DNA of 64,000 nucleotides from Eledone cirrhosa (Eukaryota), in the NCBI GenBank assembly GCA_964016885.1, contig OZ024746.1:7564001-7628000 (forward strand), in the 5' to 3' direction. Shown here piece by piece: positions 62,592 to 64,000 of this stretch. Below the pieces are notes generated by a model. The model ran no database searches and was not told the DNA's origin. It worked only from the letters and a program-made list of their open reading frames with translations. How positions within the stretch are numbered: the first letter of the stretch is position 1; every line of letters begins with the position of its first letter. The position numbers and the translations under genes were made by a program.

Positions 62592-64000
62592 CAGATAATG
62601 ATGGGAATAGGGATAATGATGGGTGTTGTGAAGAGAAATGGAATAAGACCGGTGGGTCATAGGATGAGGAATGATGAAGGTGCTGGGTTAGAAGAATGGT
62701 GGGAGGGGCTGGGCTAGAGGAATGGTGGGAGGGGCTGGGTTAGAGGAATGGTGGAAATAAACAAGGAAGTAGATGGAGGGGAAGACTAAATAAAAACATG
62801 GCTAAAGATGATTGAGGAGGAACTGAAAGACGGTGGGGGTGGGGGTAAGGAAAACCAGATGAGCTTGTCATGGGTCCAGCAAGAATGGCTTTAAAATACT
62901 GGTTGGTTGTTGTATCAGATGTCACAGTAGATATAAAATCTTAATTTATGTAAACTGTATTTGAAAAATCACGAGGTTGCCATATTTAGCTGAGTTCATT
63001 ATTATGGAAGTTACAGGAAATATTATATGTTGGTCTTAAGGCAATTATTAACCTCATTTTTGTAAATGCCAAGAAGAGGAATGTCTTAAGTTTAATGTTG
63101 TAGAAGAAATAGCAGTATAATCTCCACAAATAATTCTGAATAATTAATTAAACTTGTTAACCCTTTGGAGATAAAACCTACTGATGTTTCTACACTGAAC
63201 CAGACACAGCCATTTTTATAAGAAGTGAAAGAAATATCTGAATGAAGAGATTGTTCTTTTCATTTTTTTTTTGTAGATTTATGGAAGGCTGAAGACAAAA
63301 TCTAACCCAAATCTTTGGATGAGAAACTTATGTCAGCCCAACAGCAAATGACCGTTCTATCAAACAGCAGCAGTGAGCAATTTAATAAACATACTTGACA
63401 ATAAGTTTGAAGAAAAATGTATGCATGTGTGTATATATATATATCATCATCACCATCATCTAATGTCTGGTTTCACTGCTAGCAAGGGCTGGAGGGGTTA
63501 TCACAGACAAAGTCAGTACTTAATTGGAGCTACTGTCTCCTCAGATGGGTCAGCATCTTGTTTACAAGTGTTCCCACACACTACAGAATGCACCAGTGTA
63601 TTATATTATGGTACCAGCACTTGGGAGATTGTCATGTATTTGATATAACTAAAGAGTCCTCTCAACACTTTATTTGGCAAGTTTTCTATGGCTGGATGCC
63701 CTTCTTATCACCAACCTCATGACAGTGTGTAATGGGTGTGTCTATTATTTTACCCACACAAGAGAAGTTGTCTTGCCCTAAATACAACTGAAGACTCTTT
63801 ACAACCCATTTGTTTTTACATGGTTTCTACAGCTGGATGCCCTTCATATCACCAACCTAATTACAGAGTGTACTGGGTGCATTTTCTGTGGCATTAGCAC
63901 TAAGGAGGTTGTCATTGGCTCACCTGAAGAGCCCTTTCTACCCTATTGGGAAAGAAATAGAACGGGCTGCAAGAAGAGAGACAAGACAGATGACAGGTGT

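Noticed and set aside
62690-62755. G-rich duplicated 26-mer with G-quadruplex potential
   Set aside because: A short local duplication in a decayed LINE tail with no other evidence of function.
57906-64000. Search for further upstream IPPK exons (CRxC/CPLDL motifs), including the 61594-61797 ORF
   Set aside because: No segment with both family motifs and splice sites was found by eye; the exons are presumably beyond the window, although a small exon could have been missed.

Overview
AT-rich, repeat-dense animal genomic DNA. The SINE families, microsatellite load and intron sizes suggest an octopus or other coleoid cephalopod (inference). The ORF track is mostly noise from repeats; the real genes are spliced and were reconstructed by hand from GT-AG boundaries. 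(1) A complete 6-exon IAH1 (SGNH/GDSL esterase, 243 aa) lies on the minus strand at 34107->19019. (2) The last 7 coding exons of IPPK (inositol-pentakisphosphate 2-kinase) lie on the minus strand at 57905->50525; no upstream exon was found, so the 5' part probably lies beyond the right edge. The rest comprises tRNA-derived SINEs of at least 3 families, RTE/CR1/CRE/Penelope retroelement remnants, mariner-, piggyBac- and Helitron-type non-autonomous elements, large mini/microsatellite arrays and a 5'-damaged tRNA-Ala copy. The observations most worth follow-up are: a probable heavily decayed Toll-like (LRR+TIR) pseudogene at about 5.4-7.6 kb; a 39-bp duplication that creates a second, in-frame splice acceptor in IPPK; near-identical inverted repeats bracketing exon blocks in both genes; several degenerate hammerhead-ribozyme-like motifs in short repeats; a PHD-finger CRE-type retrotransposon; and a MITE-bounded composite carrying CRE fragments. 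Nothing here can be shown from sequence alone to be a new biological system.
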